Notes under the pieces: generated by a model | The model's input: only the letters and a program-made list of their open reading frames with translations | Databases searched by the model: none | What the model was told of the DNA's origin: nothing | Part shown: positions 1-13,305 of the stretch, in pieces | How positions within the stretch are numbered: the stretch's first letter is position 1 | Layout: every line of letters starts with the position of its first letter | From: an uncultured Actinomycetes bacterium | GTDB taxonomy: Bacteria; Actinomycetota; UBA4738; JBBDTT01 | DNA: 64,000 nucleotides | NCBI GenBank assembly: GCA_963742735.1 | Contig: CAVUMN010000003.1 | Coordinates: 448,001-512,000 of the forward strand | Reading direction: 5' to 3' | Made by a program: the position numbers and the translations under genes

Positions 1-1
1 T

Positions 2-2600
<2,599 letters not shown>

Positions 2601-2631
2601 GCCGGCTCCCACCGTTGAAGAGCGGAGTCGA

Positions 2632-3738
2632 CTACGGCTGGGTGCTGGTGGCTGGCCGGTTGATGGCCTGCAGATAGCCAACACGCTCCATCTCAGCCGT
2701 CATCCGAAGAACTGTGTCCATGCGACGGAGGGCGTTTGATACCTGGGTCTCTGTTGGGCCTGGCATTAGATCTGAACGAGTGGGATCAGGATGAGCCCAT
2801 TCGTTTCCGAAGTCCTTTACGGTGCCGCCCACCTTTTGCCAGCCTTGTCCGGCAATCAGTGCAAGCTGCTTCATTTCCATGCCGAACATTCCCCAGTCCC
2901 GTCTCGGAAGGTAACGGCGACAGGCTGCCTGCAAAGCCGCTCGAGCCAAGACCATGGCAGCTCGATGGCTGCCCGCATCAAGCGATCCCCATGCCTCATC
3001 CCTATATGCCTCGATGATTGTTTCGGCATACGGCGTTGCGGCGAGAGGCTCACTAACGAACGGCGTCAACAAGATTGTCGCCCGATCCAGCGGTGTGACG
3101 CGCAGACGCTCAACCGAGAGTCCGGCCGATCTGAGGCGACGCTGAAGTAGGCCGATGCTCATGCCCACCCCTCCCCCGAGTGCGGCAAGGATCGTCTGAG
3201 CGTCCTCCGAGAGGCGCACTGCGCGGCGGGCCTGCTTTCGACCAACCACATAGGCCCACTCTCCAATCGGCGGAGTCTCATCGATCGATATCAGCTCCGC
3301 TGCCCTGAGGTGGGTGTGGAGAATCATCAGGGCGGCGAGGAAAGCCTTCTCATCCTTTCTCCGCAGCACTTGAAGTTTGCGGGCGACCCCGGGAATTGGC
3401 TGGAAGGCCTTCGTTGGTCGCTTCTCCTTGGGACGTAGAAGAGCGAGCATCGGATTGTCGGTGCGGAGCCCCGCCTCAACGAGATACCGGCCCAGGTGGC
3501 TCAGCGCGTGATAACGCCGCTGACGGCTGCTGTCGCTGCCGCCAAAACTGTCCACTGCCTGAAACAACTCATTCATGGTCATGGTGGCCAGGGGAACGCG
3601 ATCAGCAAGGGCATGCGCATCTGCCGCATACGCGTCCAACGTCTTCTCTTCCGGATCGAGTTCGTTGCGGAGCCACGCGCGAAAACCCACCACGATCGCT
3701 TCCTCGGGGGAGTCCTTCGAGCGCTTCCGCTTTACCAC
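2632..3738 (-). CDS. Degenerate XerC-like tyrosine recombinase fused to a C-terminal DUF4145 (HEPN-like) domain
   Basis: Integrase SAM-like N-terminus (SRQRRYHALSHLGRYL..NP); box I-like HTHLRAAEL; VGRKQARRAVRL; C-terminal RAAMVLARAALQ...KDFGNEWAH; visibly lower GC than flanks. Confidence 0.7.
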   Translation of the reverse strand: MVKRKRSKDSPEEAIVVGFRAWLRNELDPEEKTLDAYAADAHALADRVPLATMTMNELFQAVDSFGGSDSSRQRRYHALSHLGRYLVEAGLRTDNPMLALLRPKEKRPTKAFQPIPGVARKLQVLRRKDEKAFLAALMILHTHLRAAELISIDETPPIGEWAYVVGRKQARRAVRLSEDAQTILAALGGGVGMSIGLLQRRLRSAGLSVERLRVTPLDRATILLTPFVSEPLAATPYAETIIEAYRDEAWGSLDAGSHRAAMVLARAALQAACRRYLPRRDWGMFGMEMKQLALIAGQGWQKVGGTVKDFGNEWAHPDPTRSDLMPGPTETQVSNALRRMDTVLRMTAEMERVGYLQAINRPATSTQP

Positions 3739-3788
3739 GAGTCCATTACCGGGCGGCGCGGTTGGTTGCCCCTCAAAGGCCCCTCGAT

Positions 3789-5234
3789 CTACTCACCGGG
3801 CTTTCCCGAGATCAGCGGGCTCCCCGGGCGGGGCCGCACGAACACGCACCCGCGTTTCGTCTTTGGGTTCCTGCAGGGCTTGCCGTACGCGGACGGGCCG
3901 GCGTCCTGACGCCAGTACAGGATGTGCAACGGAGCCGGCTCGGTGGAGCTCACCGCGATGTGGGCGTAGCCGAAGGCGTCGAGCGAGATCTCGAAGAAGT
4001 CACCGAGCTCCCGGCCCTCGGTGCAGTTGATCCCGAGCGTGCACACGTTGCCTTTCCGCATGACCGGCCCGGCGACGTCCACGAACGCCGGCCTGCCGGA
4101 GAGCATGTTGCGGGACTGCGCGAAGTGGACCCGCCACACGTTCTCGGGCGCGCCCTGGTCCCGCGTCGAGGCCTCCACCCAGGCGAAGTCGACGATGCCA
4201 GCGTCGCCCGCGACCATCGTCGGGAACACGGTGGCCCCGTTCCCCTTGTTGATCTTGAAGGGGGTGCTCCAGTTGGCGCCGTGGTCCCTCGACACCGAGA
4301 CGAACACGCCGTACTGCTCCTCGCCCTTCGGCCCCGGGATGTGGCCCGCAGCCATCGCGTACACGTTGCCCGCGCGGTCCACGGTGAGCCACGGGAAGAT
4401 GTTGCCGAGGACGTGGCCGAACGGTGTCGAGAGGGCGACGTTGTTCGTCCACGTCGCGCCCCCGTCGGCCGACGCCGCGACGATCACCGCGAGCGGATCT
4501 CCGAAGGGACAGGCCCCGGTGTTGTGCACGCACTGGTGGGCGTTGCCCCCGAGGCTCGAGATCCCGTAGGCGAGGTAGACCCGGTTCGGATCGCTCGGGT
4601 CGACGCGGATCGGCCCTGAGAACGTGTTCGGGAACGTGTCCGGGGCGAGTGCCAGCTCGTTGGTCACGATGGCGTGCTGGACGAAGGTCTGGCCGCCGTC
4701 GGTGGACTTGGAGACGATCTCGGCCTCGGCCGTGAGGTCGTGGTAGGCGAGGTAGACCACGTTCGGGTCGGTGGGGTCGGTGGCGAGCCACTGACGGTCC
4801 TCCTCGATGGGCTCCTGCCAAAGGAACTCCCACGTCGCCCCGTCGTCGGTGGACTTGTGGACCGTCGCCCCGAAGGCCTGGAGGTCGGTGAGGTACAGGG
4901 CGCCGTCGGCGCCCTCCTTGATGTCGCAGTCACCGCCCCCGCCGATCGGGGAGGAGACCTCGAAGCTCTCGAACGTCCTCCAGTCCGTGGTGCGGACGAC
5001 GCCCTCGGCCATGTCGCCCAGGCCGAGGGGGCCGCAGAACAGGGCCGTGCCCTTGCTGGTGACGATCGCGGAGGGCTCGGTGAAGTCGGCCGGGACGTGC
5101 TGGGCGGTGAAGGCAAACGGCCGGGCGCGGACGTCGGTCCGCGGTTTGGCGGCGCCGGCCGAGGTGGCGGTCGCCGCCACGAGGACGAGGAGCAGGAAGA
5201 GCGAGATCGTGAAGGTTCGGGTGGGAATGCGCAT
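3789..5234 (-). CDS. Secreted BNR/Asp-box repeat (sialidase-like beta-propeller) protein
   Basis: Signal peptide; repeated Asp boxes [32 protein letters not shown]. Confidence 0.85.
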   Translation of the reverse strand: MRIPTRTFTISLFLLLVLVAATATSAGAAKPRTDVRARPFAFTAQHVPADFTEPSAIVTSKGTALFCGPLGLGDMAEGVVRTTDWRTFESFEVSSPIGGGGDCDIKEGADGALYLTDLQAFGATVHKSTDDGATWEFLWQEPIEEDRQWLATDPTDPNVVYLAYHDLTAEAEIVSKSTDGGQTFVQHAIVTNELALAPDTFPNTFSGPIRVDPSDPNRVYLAYGISSLGGNAHQCVHNTGACPFGDPLAVIVAASADGGATWTNNVALSTPFGHVLGNIFPWLTVDRAGNVYAMAAGHIPGPKGEEQYGVFVSVSRDHGANWSTPFKINKGNGATVFPTMVAGDAGIVDFAWVEASTRDQGAPENVWRVHFAQSRNMLSGRPAFVDVAGPVMRKGNVCTLGINCTEGRELGDFFEISLDAFGYAHIAVSSTEPAPLHILYWRQDAGPSAYGKPCRNPKTKRGCVFVRPRPGSPLISGKPGE

Positions 5235-5320
5235 GGGGGGTGTTTCGACTCCCCCACGTCCGAATCCTGTCCGGCGGGCGCAGCCGATGGCGACGGCCCG
5301 CCCACCCTAGAATCGCTGGC

Positions 5321-6592
5321 ATGGATCGACTCCTCGTCGAGGGCGGCGTTCGGCTGTCCGGGACCGTTCGGGTCTCCGGCGCCAAGAACTCCGCGTTGAA
5401 GCTCATGGCGGCCGCGCTGCTTGCGGAGGGCCGGACGCGGATCGAGCGGGTACCCCGCATCAGCGACTGCCTCACGATGGCGGACGTCCTCGACCGCCTC
5501 GGCGCCGGGGTCTCGTGGGACGAGTCGGGGCTGTGGATCGACGCGTCGGGCACCCTCGGGATGGAGGCGCCCTACGACCTGGTCCGCCGGATGCGCGCGT
5601 CGATCATCGTGCTGGGACCGCTCCTCGCACGCCTGGGGGAGGCCAAGGTCGCCATGCCGGGCGGCTGCAACATCGGGTCGCGCAAGATCGACCTGCACAC
5701 GCGCGGCCTGGAGCGGATGGGCGTCGAGTTCGAGTACGAGCACGGCTTCCTGCTCGCCAAGGCCCGTCCGCTCCGCGGCGCGGTGGTATCCCTCGACTTC
5801 CCGAGCGTGGGGGCCACTGAGAACGTGCTGATGGCCGCCGTCGCCGCCCGGGGGACGACGGTCATCGAGAACGCCGCGCGCGAACCGGAGATCCAGGACC
5901 TCGTCGAGTTCCTGGTGAAGATGGGGGCCCGCATCGAGGGCGCCGGGACAACGACGATCGAGATCGAAGGCGCGACGTCGTTCCAGGCGGTCGAGCACAC
6001 GGTCATCCCCGACCGGGTCGAGGCGGGCACCTTCGCCCTGGCGGCCTGCGCCACGGCCGGGGAGGTGCTCCTCGAGGGGGCCCGGGCGGACCACCTGGAC
6101 CTGTTCCTGTCCAAGCTCTCCGAGATGGGGGCGCACGTGGAAACCGATCCGGCCGGCGTTCGCGTCTCCGCAGCGAGCCGGCCCGAGGCGGTGGACTTCG
6201 TCACGCTTCCGTATCCGGGGTTCCCCACCGATCTGCAGCCCCAGGCGATGGCCCTCCTCGCGTCGGCGCGGGGGACGAGCATCGCCACCGAGAACGTGTT
6301 CGAGAGCCGGTTCATGTTCGTCGACGAGCTGAACCGGATGGGCGCCGACATCCGCACCGAGGGCCATCACGCGGTCATCCGCGGCGTCGAGCGGCTGTCC
6401 GCGGCGCCGGTCCGGGCGCTGGACATCCGCGCGGGGGCGGCGATGCTCATCGCGGCCCTGGGCGCGGACGGGGAGACCGAGATCGCGGACGTGTTCCACA
6501 TCGACCGCGGCTACGAGGGGATCGAGGACAAGCTGGGACGGCTCGGGGCCCGCGTTCGCCGCGAGCCCGCGCTTTCCGCCGCCCGTTCATGA
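5321..6592 (+). CDS. murA: UDP-N-acetylglucosamine 1-carboxyvinyltransferase
   Basis: [22 protein letters not shown] (catalytic Cys retained), [15 protein letters not shown]. Confidence 0.98.
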   Translation: MDRLLVEGGVRLSGTVRVSGAKNSALKLMAAALLAEGRTRIERVPRISDCLTMADVLDRLGAGVSWDESGLWIDASGTLGMEAPYDLVRRMRASIIVLGPLLARLGEAKVAMPGGCNIGSRKIDLHTRGLERMGVEFEYEHGFLLAKARPLRGAVVSLDFPSVGATENVLMAAVAARGTTVIENAAREPEIQDLVEFLVKMGARIEGAGTTTIEIEGATSFQAVEHTVIPDRVEAGTFALAACATAGEVLLEGARADHLDLFLSKLSEMGAHVETDPAGVRVSAASRPEAVDFVTLPYPGFPTDLQPQAMALLASARGTSIATENVFESRFMFVDELNRMGADIRTEGHHAVIRGVERLSAAPVRALDIRAGAAMLIAALGADGETEIADVFHIDRGYEGIEDKLGRLGARVRREPALSAARS

Positions 6593-8765
6593 GGCGGGGC
6601 CGGCCGCTGCGCCGGGCGGCCGCCACCCTGGCCCTCGCCGTGCCACTCGTCCCCGTGTTCGCGGCCGCGGCCGCGGCCGCGCCGGACGATCCGCCCGCGC
6701 CGGCTCGTCGCGCGCTGTTGGTCATCCTGGACCGGGTGTCGTTCGAGGAGCTCATGGCCGTCCCCGAGTTCTTCGCGCTGGCCCGGGCCGGGGGCGCGGG
6801 CCTCCTCAGCCAGCGCCACCATCCCGACGACGGCGGGCTGGGGCCGTACCTCACGCTGGGAGCCGGCGCGAAGGCCGCGGTTCCCTCCTCGCGGATCGCT
6901 CCGCTGCCCAAGCGAGGCGGATTCCCCCCGAAACCCTCGCCGGGATACAGGCCGTGAACGACGGCGCCGTCCCCGGGCTCCTCGGGCAGCTGCTGATCGG
7001 CTCGGGGTTCGTCGTGGAGGCGTTCGGCAACGCCGACGATCGGTTCGGCCCCAACGCTCCCGGGTTGCTGGCGGCGATGGACCTCGGCGGCGCGGCCGAC
7101 GGCGAGATCCACGGTCTCGTGCGGCCCCTGCCCGCCTCGCTCGGCGCGTTCCGTACCGACTACGGCCGCCTGGGGTCGCGGCTCCAGGGACGGACCCGCG
7201 ATGGGAGTCCCGTGGCCGACCTGGCGGTGCTCGACCTGGGAGACACGCTGCGCATCGATGAGGAGTCCCGCTACGCCGCGCCCGGGCTGGCGGCCGAACA
7301 GCGGAAGGCGTCCCTGGCGTCGGCCGGGCGCTTCGTGCGCGCCATCGTCTCCGGGGTCGACGCCGAGACGATGGTGGTGCTGGTGGCTCCCTCGCCCTCG
7401 GAGGACATGCGGGACGCCGGAGACGTCGTCACCCCGATCGTGGTGGCCCGCGGTCCGGCCGCGAGCCTGTTTCCTGCGGTCGGCGATCCTCGCGGCCTGA
7501 CCAGTGACTCCACGCGCGTGGAGGGCCTGGTGCTGTCCGAGGACGTCGCACCGACCCTGCTGGAGTTCTTCGCGGTCTCGCAGCCCGACGAGATGACCGG
7601 CGCCGTCATCCGCCCCTCGGGTGAGGCGCCGTTCGCGCTGCACCGGCGGCACCTGGACCATCGACGGATCCGCATCCCGGTCCAGGCGACGATCCCCCTC
7701 GTCGGCCTCGCGGCCACCATCGCCGCCGCGGCGATCGCCATCGTCCGCCGGCGGGTCACCATGCGAGTGCTCGGGATCGCGGGGGCAGTGGCAACCTGCG
7801 CGATGGCGATCCCGCTCGGGCTGCTGGTGGCGGGACTGGCCCCGCGGCTGATCTACGCGCAGGTCCTGCCGATGGCGCTGCTCACGATCATCGGGGTCGG
7901 CCTGGTGGCGTGGACCGTGCGCGGCGACGACCCATCGCGGCCGGTGCGCATCGTTGCGGCCGTGACCGGCGTCGCCTTGATCGTCGACGGGTTCCTCGGA
8001 TGGCCGGCATCGAAGACCTCCCTCGCGGGGGCGACGGTGTTCGAGGGCCGCACCTACGGGGTGCGCAACCTGTGGCTCGGCCCGCTGCTGGCGGGAATGG
8101 TCCTCGTCGGCTCACGCCTTCGGGCCCGCCGGGCGCTGGCACTCGGCATCGCGGTCGCGGCGTTCATCGGTTTCCCCGGCCTGGGCGCGGACGCCGGAGG
8201 CTTCGTCACGATGTTCGCGTCGGCCTGGCTGCTGTACTTCTGGCTGGATCGGGGCGGGGTCGGGTGGCGGGAGGCCGCGATCACGGGAGCGGCCACCACC
8301 GCGGCCGTGGTGCTGCTGTTGATCCTGGACGGCGCGCTCAACCCCACGCCCACCCACGCCGGACGGTTCGCCGAGCGGGTCGCCTCGGACGGGTTCGGAA
8401 CGTTCTTCCGGGTGGCGGTGGAGCGGCTTCGTCTGTCGCTCGCCACGATCAACGCGATCCCGACCGCGTGGCTCATCGTCGTCTGGCACGTCGTGGCGGC
8501 GCGGCTCGCCCCTCGCGTTCGCGGCCCGGTCGGGGACGCGTTCGACCGGGCCCGGGGGTACCGTGAGGCCATGTGGGTGCTCGCGGTCGGCGCGCTCATC
8601 GCCATCGTCGCGAACGACACCGGCATCTCCTCGGCGCAGTCGGCGTGCGCGATCTCGATCGGGGGGTTCGTGGTCCCGGCGCTCGCCCTCAGGGCTCGCC
8701 GGGCGGCGAGGGCACCGGCGCCCCCTCGGGCCCGGCCTCGGCAGCTGACCGGTGTGGGCGCATGA
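6589..8765 (+). CDS. Membrane protein with N-terminal phosphatase/sulfatase-like extracytoplasmic domain and multi-TM C-terminus; split by a probable 1-bp deletion in the C6 run at 6924-6929
   Basis: ORFs 6589-6957 and 6954-8765 join as ...[21 protein letters not shown] if one C is added; signal peptide, LLVILDRVS, many TM helices, NDTG motif. Confidence 0.65.
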
Positions 8766-9535
8766 CCTCCGAGCTTCCCCCGCCCCCAGTCGACTCCGAG
8801 CTCCCGCCGCCACCCGGCGCGACGGGCTCGTTCCCGCCGCCACCCGGCGAGGAACCCGCCGTCGCGACGTGGCGCGCCCTGGAGGCCATCCCGATCTTCC
8901 TGATCACGATCGTGCTGACGACCCTGTTCACGGTGGTGGGCTCGCAGCTGGTTGCCGGGTCGGGGCTCGAGGTGCTCGCGTCGGCGATCTTCGAGGTGGC
9001 GCTCGCGGCGGGCGTGCTTCTGTGGCTTCGGTGGTTCCACCGGCCCGGCATCGCCGCGCTGGGGCCGCCCCGCCGTCCGCTGCTCGAGGCTGCCCAGGGA
9101 TTGATCGGAGGGGTGGTCACCCGGCTGATCGCCGTGTTCGCGATCGGCCCGATCGTCGTGTTGCTTCTGGAGTGGTTCACGGACGGCCGCACCCGCGTCC
9201 CCGAGCAGGTGCCGACCGACCTGGAGGTCCTTCCCACCGTCCTGCTCGGCCTGGTCGTCGTGGTCGCCGCCCCCATCGGGGAAGAGCTGTTCTTTCGAGG
9301 CTTCCTGTTCCGGGGGCTGCGGGCCCGCCGCGGTTTCTGGGTCTCGGCGCTCGTCTCCTCGGCCGCGTTCGGGCTGGTGCACTACGTCGACGGCTCGTGG
9401 TTCTTCGTCCCGATCATGTTCCTGGTCGGGCTGTGCTTTGCGTACCTCTACGAACGCGAGGGCCGGATCCTGACGCCGATCGTCGCCCACGCGACGTTCA
9501 ACCTGATCGGGATCCTCTTCCTGACGCTGGGCTAG
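8762..9535 (+). CDS. CPBP (CAAX/Abi family) intramembrane glutamic endopeptidase
   Basis: EELFFRG, FGLVH and HATFN motifs; Pro-rich N-terminus. Confidence 0.92.
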   Translation: MTSELPPPPVDSELPPPPGATGSFPPPPGEEPAVATWRALEAIPIFLITIVLTTLFTVVGSQLVAGSGLEVLASAIFEVALAAGVLLWLRWFHRPGIAALGPPRRPLLEAAQGLIGGVVTRLIAVFAIGPIVVLLLEWFTDGRTRVPEQVPTDLEVLPTVLLGLVVVVAAPIGEELFFRGFLFRGLRARRGFWVSALVSSAAFGLVHYVDGSWFFVPIMFLVGLCFAYLYEREGRILTPIVAHATFNLIGILFLTLG

Positions 9536-9598
9536 CGCGCCTGCGTGCGCCGCCCCCGCGTGCTTTACTCCCCTTCGTCGCAATGACAGGAGGTCGAC

Positions 9599-10018
9599 AT
9601 GGCCGAGTTCCCGAGCGAGGACTGGCTCAGCGAGTACGTCAAGCGCATCAACGAGTCCTCGGACTACAAGGAAGCGTCCGCCACCTGGGAGGGCGACGTC
9701 GCGTTCGTGTTCGAGGCCGAACCCGACAACGGCGTCCCCGAGGACATCTGGGCGTGGCTGGACCTGTGGCACGGGGAGTGCCGTCAGGGCAAGCTCGTGC
9801 CCGCCGAGGAGGGGGAGAAGGCGCGGTTCATCATCCGTGCTCCGTACTCCCGGTGGAAGGAAGTCATCCGCAAGGAGCTCGACCCGGTCAAGGGCATGAT
9901 GCAGGGCAAGCTCAAGCTGAAGGGCGACCTGCCGACGATCGTCCGGTACGTCAAGGCCTCGAACGAGCTGGTGAACCTGGCCGGGAGCGTGCCCACCGAG
10001 TTCGTCGACGAGCGATAG
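9599..10018 (+). CDS. SCP2 sterol/lipid-binding domain protein
   Basis: LDPVKGMMQGKLKLKGD SCP2 signature; AGGAGG RBS. Confidence 0.88.
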   Translation: MAEFPSEDWLSEYVKRINESSDYKEASATWEGDVAFVFEAEPDNGVPEDIWAWLDLWHGECRQGKLVPAEEGEKARFIIRAPYSRWKEVIRKELDPVKGMMQGKLKLKGDLPTIVRYVKASNELVNLAGSVPTEFVDER

Positions 10019-10027
10019 ACCGGCCCC

Positions 10028-11068
10028 GTGCGCGCCGTCGTCTTCCAGGAGGTCGGCACGATCCGGGTCGACGATCTTCCCGAGCCGACCATCGTGGAAC
10101 CCACCGACGCGATCGTTCGGATCTCGGCGGCGGGGATCTGTGGCTCGGACCTCCACATGCTGCACGGCAAGACCCCGCTCTTCGAGGGCGACCAGATCGG
10201 CCACGAGGGGATGGGGACCATCGCCGAGGTCGGGCCGGAGGTCACACGATTCAAGCCTGGTGACCGGGTCGTGATCGCGTTCGACATCGTCGACGGCGAC
10301 TGCTGGTTCTGCCGGCGGGGTCAGTCCGGTCTGTGCGAGAACTTCCGCAACCTCGGCGCCGGGATCTTCGGGGGGAGCCTGGGCGGGACCCAGGCCGAGC
10401 TCGTGCGCGTGCCGGTCGCGGACGTGAACCTGCTGGCGGTGCCCGAGGGTGTGGACGACGAGCACGCCGTGTTCGTCGGGGACATCCTCACCACGGGCGT
10501 CTACGGCTCCGGCATCTCCGGGATCCGGCCGGGCGACGTCGTGGCCGTGGTGGGGGCGGGCCCGGTCGGCTACTTCACCGCGCAGGCCGCGCGCCTGCAC
10601 GATCCGTCCGACGTCCTGGTGCTCGACATGCAGCCCGACCGCCTGGCCCTCATGGAGAAGGTCGGCGCCACCCCCATCAACGTCAAGGAGCGCAACGCCC
10701 AGTCGGCCGTGTCCGAACGCACGGAGGGCCGGGGCGCCGACGTGGTCATCGACGCCGTGGGGCACCTCTCGGCGTTCGAGTCCGCACTGGACGTCGTTCG
10801 CCGGGGTGGGATCCTGACCGTGCTGGGGCAGTACACGAGCGAGTCGGTCGACCTCCAGCTCGGGCTGGTTTACACGCGCGGGATCAACATCGTCATGTCG
10901 GGGCTCTCGCACATCCACTCGTGGTGGGAGCAGGCCATGCAGGCCGTCGTCGACGGGACGATCGATCCGATCCCGCTGATCAGCCATCGCATGAAGATCG
11001 ACGACGCGGTGGAGGGGTACCGCCTGTTCGAGGCGCGCGAGGCCACGAAGGTTCTCCTGGAGCCGTGA
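10028..11068 (+). CDS. Zinc-dependent alcohol dehydrogenase (MDR, formaldehyde-dehydrogenase-like)
   Basis: GICGSDLH, GHE, GAGPVG motifs. Confidence 0.93.
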   Translation: MRAVVFQEVGTIRVDDLPEPTIVEPTDAIVRISAAGICGSDLHMLHGKTPLFEGDQIGHEGMGTIAEVGPEVTRFKPGDRVVIAFDIVDGDCWFCRRGQSGLCENFRNLGAGIFGGSLGGTQAELVRVPVADVNLLAVPEGVDDEHAVFVGDILTTGVYGSGISGIRPGDVVAVVGAGPVGYFTAQAARLHDPSDVLVLDMQPDRLALMEKVGATPINVKERNAQSAVSERTEGRGADVVIDAVGHLSAFESALDVVRRGGILTVLGQYTSESVDLQLGLVYTRGINIVMSGLSHIHSWWEQAMQAVVDGTIDPIPLISHRMKIDDAVEGYRLFEAREATKVLLEP

Positions 11069-11084
11069 GGACGACCTCGAGCGC

Positions 11085-11501
11085 ATGACGGCCCGCGTGG
11101 AGTACCTGGACGAGGACCCCGCGGGTCTGGCCTCGATGATCGGCGGGCTCATCGAGGGCAACCTGGCGGCGCACCCCGACCGCGCGAAGCTGCTGAAGCC
11201 CGCCCTGGTGGGGATCATCGCGGACGACGCGGGCGTGGCCGTGACCCTGCGCTTCGCGCCGGGACTGGTCACGGTGGCCACCGGGTTGACCGGAGGCGCC
11301 GCCGACCTCCTGATCCGCACCACGTCGGAAGACCTCATGGCCCTGACCTCCGTTCCCCTGCGCCTGGGGTTGCCCGACGCGTTCACCGGTCCCGGGCGCG
11401 AGGTCATGGGCAAGCTTCTCTCCGGCAAGCTGAAGGTGAAGGGGATGTTCCGCCACCTGCCGGCGCTCACCCGACTCCAGCGGCTGCTCTCCGTCGCGTG
11501 A
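11085..11501 (+). CDS. SCP2-like hypothetical protein
   Basis: LLSGKLKVKG C-terminal motif; within operon. Confidence 0.65.
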   Translation: MTARVEYLDEDPAGLASMIGGLIEGNLAAHPDRAKLLKPALVGIIADDAGVAVTLRFAPGLVTVATGLTGGAADLLIRTTSEDLMALTSVPLRLGLPDAFTGPGREVMGKLLSGKLKVKGMFRHLPALTRLQRLLSVA

Positions 11502-12043
11502 GCGAGACCCGGCGTCGAACGTGGCCGGCCTCGGTGGGCCTGGTGGCCCTGATGTTCGCGGTCGCGTTCGGCGGCTACGTCGTCGCCGGCGAACAGGTCG
11601 CGGTCGACGCGGTCGAGATCGTCCCCGGCATCACGGTGCAGCCGGCGCCCGGATGGGAGGTGGCCGCTCGCGAGGCCGGCGAGTTCACGCTGGTCCGGCT
11701 CACCCGGGGCAACGGCAACCTGGACGTCGTGGCCGGCGGGTTCACCGGCGACGCGACGGCGCTCTTCCAGACGTTTCGCACTCAGGTCCTGGAGCCGGAC
11801 GCCCAGCAGCTCCGGGTCTCCGAGCAGACCGAATCCCTCCGGCATCCGTCGGGGCTGGAAGGGGTGCGCGGGTTCTACGTTGGGGTGTTCGGTGACCGCT
11901 CCCAGTCGATCGAGGGAGAGGTCACCGTCTTCGTCACCCCCTCCGGCGTCGGCGTGATCTTCGACGCCTGGGCGGGAGAGGGCGCGCTGAATACCGTCCT
12001 CGACGACGTCCACGCGATGGTCGAGTCGGCGGAGATGGGATGA
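11498..12043 (+). CDS. Membrane-anchored hypothetical protein
   Basis: Single N-terminal TM helix; GTGA/ATGA coupling to both neighbours. Confidence 0.7.
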   Translation: MSETRRRTWPASVGLVALMFAVAFGGYVVAGEQVAVDAVEIVPGITVQPAPGWEVAAREAGEFTLVRLTRGNGNLDVVAGGFTGDATALFQTFRTQVLEPDAQQLRVSEQTESLRHPSGLEGVRGFYVGVFGDRSQSIEGEVTVFVTPSGVGVIFDAWAGEGALNTVLDDVHAMVESAEMG

Positions 12044-13263
12044 GCGTGCTTCCCGTCCCGCCGCGGCCCGACGTCCGCAGGCCTCGCTGGGGCCATACCA
12101 CGTCGCTGTTCCAGGTTCGCACGTTCGCGTTCTGGGTCTTCGCGTTGCTGGTCGCCGGCGCCGGGCTGATCTCGATCCAGCTCCAGGGCCGGTTCGCGGA
12201 CATCGCGCCGGCGGGATGGGTGCTGTCGTGGGTGCTGCTGCTGCTCTACGCCGTCCCGGTGTTCGCGCTGATCTACGTGTTGGACCTCTACGAGCGCGAG
12301 CCGATCTCCCTGATCCTGGGGGCGCTGCTGTGGGGCGCGTTCGTCGCTCCGATCGCCTCGGGGATCGGCAACGACGGGTGGGGGCTGCTCATCGCGAAGG
12401 TGGGCGGCGGGGAGTTCGCGGGGGAGTGGTCCGCCGCGCTCACCGCGCCGTGGATCGAGGAGATCATGAAGGCCGCCGGCGTCATGTTCCTGGTCCTCAT
12501 CGCCCGGGACGAGTTCGACGACGTGCTCGACGGCTTCGTGTACGGGGCGATGGTCGGCCTCGGGTTCACGGTCGTCGAGGACGTCTTCTATTTCATGAGC
12601 GTGTTCGGAGGACAGCCCGGCGGCGTCCTGGTCGGCTTCTTCCTCCGAGTGGTGGCCAGCGGCCTGTACGGGCACCTGCTCTACTCGGGCCTCACCGGGA
12701 TGGGCATCGCGTACTTCGTCACGCGAAAGGGCGAGGCGGGGTTCGCCCGCCGCTTCGGGGTCGCGGCCGCGCTGTTCGCCGCGGCGATGTTCGCCCACTT
12801 CCTGTGGAACTCGCCCCTGCTCGACTTCTTCCCGGACCAGCCCTGGACCGGCCTCGACTGGGTGCTGATCCCCCTGGCGACGGCCGTGAAGGGCGTGCCG
12901 GTGCTGGCGGGCGTGTACCTCGTGGTGTCGATGGCTCGCCGCCGCGAGGGCCGCTGGCTCGCCGCGGCGCTGGCCGACGAGGTCGGCAAGGGCGGCCTGC
13001 TCCCCGAGGAGCTCCAGACGCTGGCGTCGCCGGTGGCGAAGCGCCGCGCGATCAAGGAGATGCGCACACGCGCGGGCTCCGGCGCCGCGAAGCTGCTCAA
13101 GCGGCTCCACCGCCAGCAGATCAACCTGGCCATGGTGCGAACGCGGGTGGACGGCGACGATCACCCCGACCTGGTCCGGCAGCGGGAGTACTGTGGTTCG
13201 TTGCGTGCGGCGCTGCTGGCGATGCCCGGAGCGGCCCCGGCCCTCGCCGCTCCGGCAAGCTGA
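12040..13263 (+). CDS. PrsW family intramembrane metalloprotease
   Basis: DLYEREP, APWIEEIMK, GLGFTVVED, HFLWN motifs. Confidence 0.92.
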   Translation: MSVLPVPPRPDVRRPRWGHTTSLFQVRTFAFWVFALLVAGAGLISIQLQGRFADIAPAGWVLSWVLLLLYAVPVFALIYVLDLYEREPISLILGALLWGAFVAPIASGIGNDGWGLLIAKVGGGEFAGEWSAALTAPWIEEIMKAAGVMFLVLIARDEFDDVLDGFVYGAMVGLGFTVVEDVFYFMSVFGGQPGGVLVGFFLRVVASGLYGHLLYSGLTGMGIAYFVTRKGEAGFARRFGVAAALFAAAMFAHFLWNSPLLDFFPDQPWTGLDWVLIPLATAVKGVPVLAGVYLVVSMARRREGRWLAAALADEVGKGGLLPEELQTLASPVAKRRAIKEMRTRAGSGAAKLLKRLHRQQINLAMVRTRVDGDDHPDLVRQREYCGSLRAALLAMPGAAPALAAPAS

Positions 13264-13305
13264 AGGTTCCGAGCCGCTCCGGGAGCCCTCGTCTACGCTA
13301 GCCGG

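Noticed and set aside
2601-5320. Prophage or integrative element at atpC
   Set aside because: The recombinase lacks catalytic residues; no att-like direct repeats, tRNA or phage/conjugation genes were found by eye.
8054-12013. Very long antisense ORFs (e.g. 1319 aa here; also 28032-30896 and 50899-55073)
   Set aside because: Shadow ORFs typical of high-GC DNA, lying opposite motif-supported genes.
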